A DNA stretch of 64,000 nucleotides from Hemiscyllium ocellatum (lineage: Eukaryota). The DNA lies in NCBI RefSeq assembly GCF_020745735.1, contig NC_083435.1, positions 21,017,231 through 21,081,230 of the forward strand. Reading direction: 5' to 3'. The notes under the pieces were generated by a model that ran no database searches, had not been told where the DNA came from, and saw nothing but the letters and a program-made list of their open reading frames with translations. The position numbers and the translations under genes were made by a program. Below, piece by piece: positions 63,312 through 64,000 of this stretch (position 1 is its first letter; each line of letters starts with the position of its first letter).

Positions 63312-64000
63312 TGAAATAGGTAATTTGATGTTGTTATAATATGATTGGGCTCATGTCTGCGCTCCAAGGCAATAACAAGTGCAGAACATATGGTATTGAT
63401 TTCGCCTATGATTTGATGGGAACAGCAAATTAAAGATAATAATTGATTTGAAGTAATTGCTATGTCCTGTAGCGATGAAAGGTGTCACATAATTAAAGAC
63501 TTTCCTTTTTATTTTAAATACCAATGTTTTAACTTTGAGCAGCATGCTAGAAGGCACGGTGGCACAGTCGTTAACACTGCTGCGTCACAGTGCCAGAGAC
63601 TCGGGTACCACTCCCACCTCATACAACTGTCGGCATGGAGTTTGCACAATCCACCCACGTCTGTGTGGGTTTCCTCCCACAGTCCAAAACTGTGCAGGTT
63701 TGTTGAATTGGCCATGCTAAGTTGCCCGTAGTCTTCGGTGTAGGGGAATGGATTTGGGTGGGTTGCTCTTCAGAGGGTCAGTGTGGACTTGTTGGGCTGA
63801 AGGGCCTGTTTCCACACTGTAAGCAATCTAACTATGATTGTTTTTGCATTTCCGTATTGAGAAATCTGCGAACTAGTCAAGTCTTTTTAGAAAATATGTA
63901 TGTGATACACGATTTAGCAAGTTACTTCAGACTTTGTTATTTCTTAAAGAAGAGGATGGCGACCTCATTTGGGAAATCTGGCTGGCGGAGGCTGGCGAAG
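63312..64000 (+). repeat. Tandem segmental duplication unit 3 (partial, runs off window)
   Basis: Aligns to 1-~680 and 34524-~35200, including the V-SINE. Confidence 0.95.
63553..63835 (+). mobile_element. V-SINE (HE1-like), unit-3 copy
   Basis: Same element; keeps 12 nt (cagtgccagaga) that are missing in units 1 and 2. Confidence 0.85.

Noticed and set aside
1-64000. Duplication as an assembly artefact (uncollapsed haplotypes)
   Set aside because: Roughly 5-10% divergence, unit-specific TE insertions with target duplications, and three distinct copies exceed what allelic variation would give.

Overview
AT-rich vertebrate DNA, most likely from a shark (inferred from the HE1/V-SINE, CR1 LINE and Penelope-like repeats). 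The window is a head-to-tail tandem duplication: unit 1 = 1-34523, unit 2 = 34524-63311, unit 3 starts at 63312; units differ by roughly 5-10% by eye plus several kb-scale indels. The recognisable ORFs in the track are decayed retroelement pieces (CR1 EN/RT, Penelope RT/GIY-YIG); the rest look like chance ORFs. The main result is not in the ORF track. Each unit carries the same eight + strand microexons (27, 27, 24, 27, 27, 36, 27, 27 nt). All have a canonical CAG acceptor and GT donor, all are phase 1-1, and all end in G. Spliced, they give a stop-free 74-aa E/K/L-rich module: DEEVNDLQK EKSLQEKND VETIMQLR DLKAIMEGL EESLESKLE EIKSLKDALNNA EETLQQKES ELNEKCKTN. It has clear heptad periodicity across exon junctions and continues in frame into the next unit. 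The window therefore looks like the interior of a large gene encoding a microexon-built coiled-coil protein, lengthened by ~30-kb intragenic duplications. The gene cannot be named from this window, and there is no transcript evidence here. The Penelope pseudo-LTRs in the introns carry minimal hammerhead ribozyme motifs.
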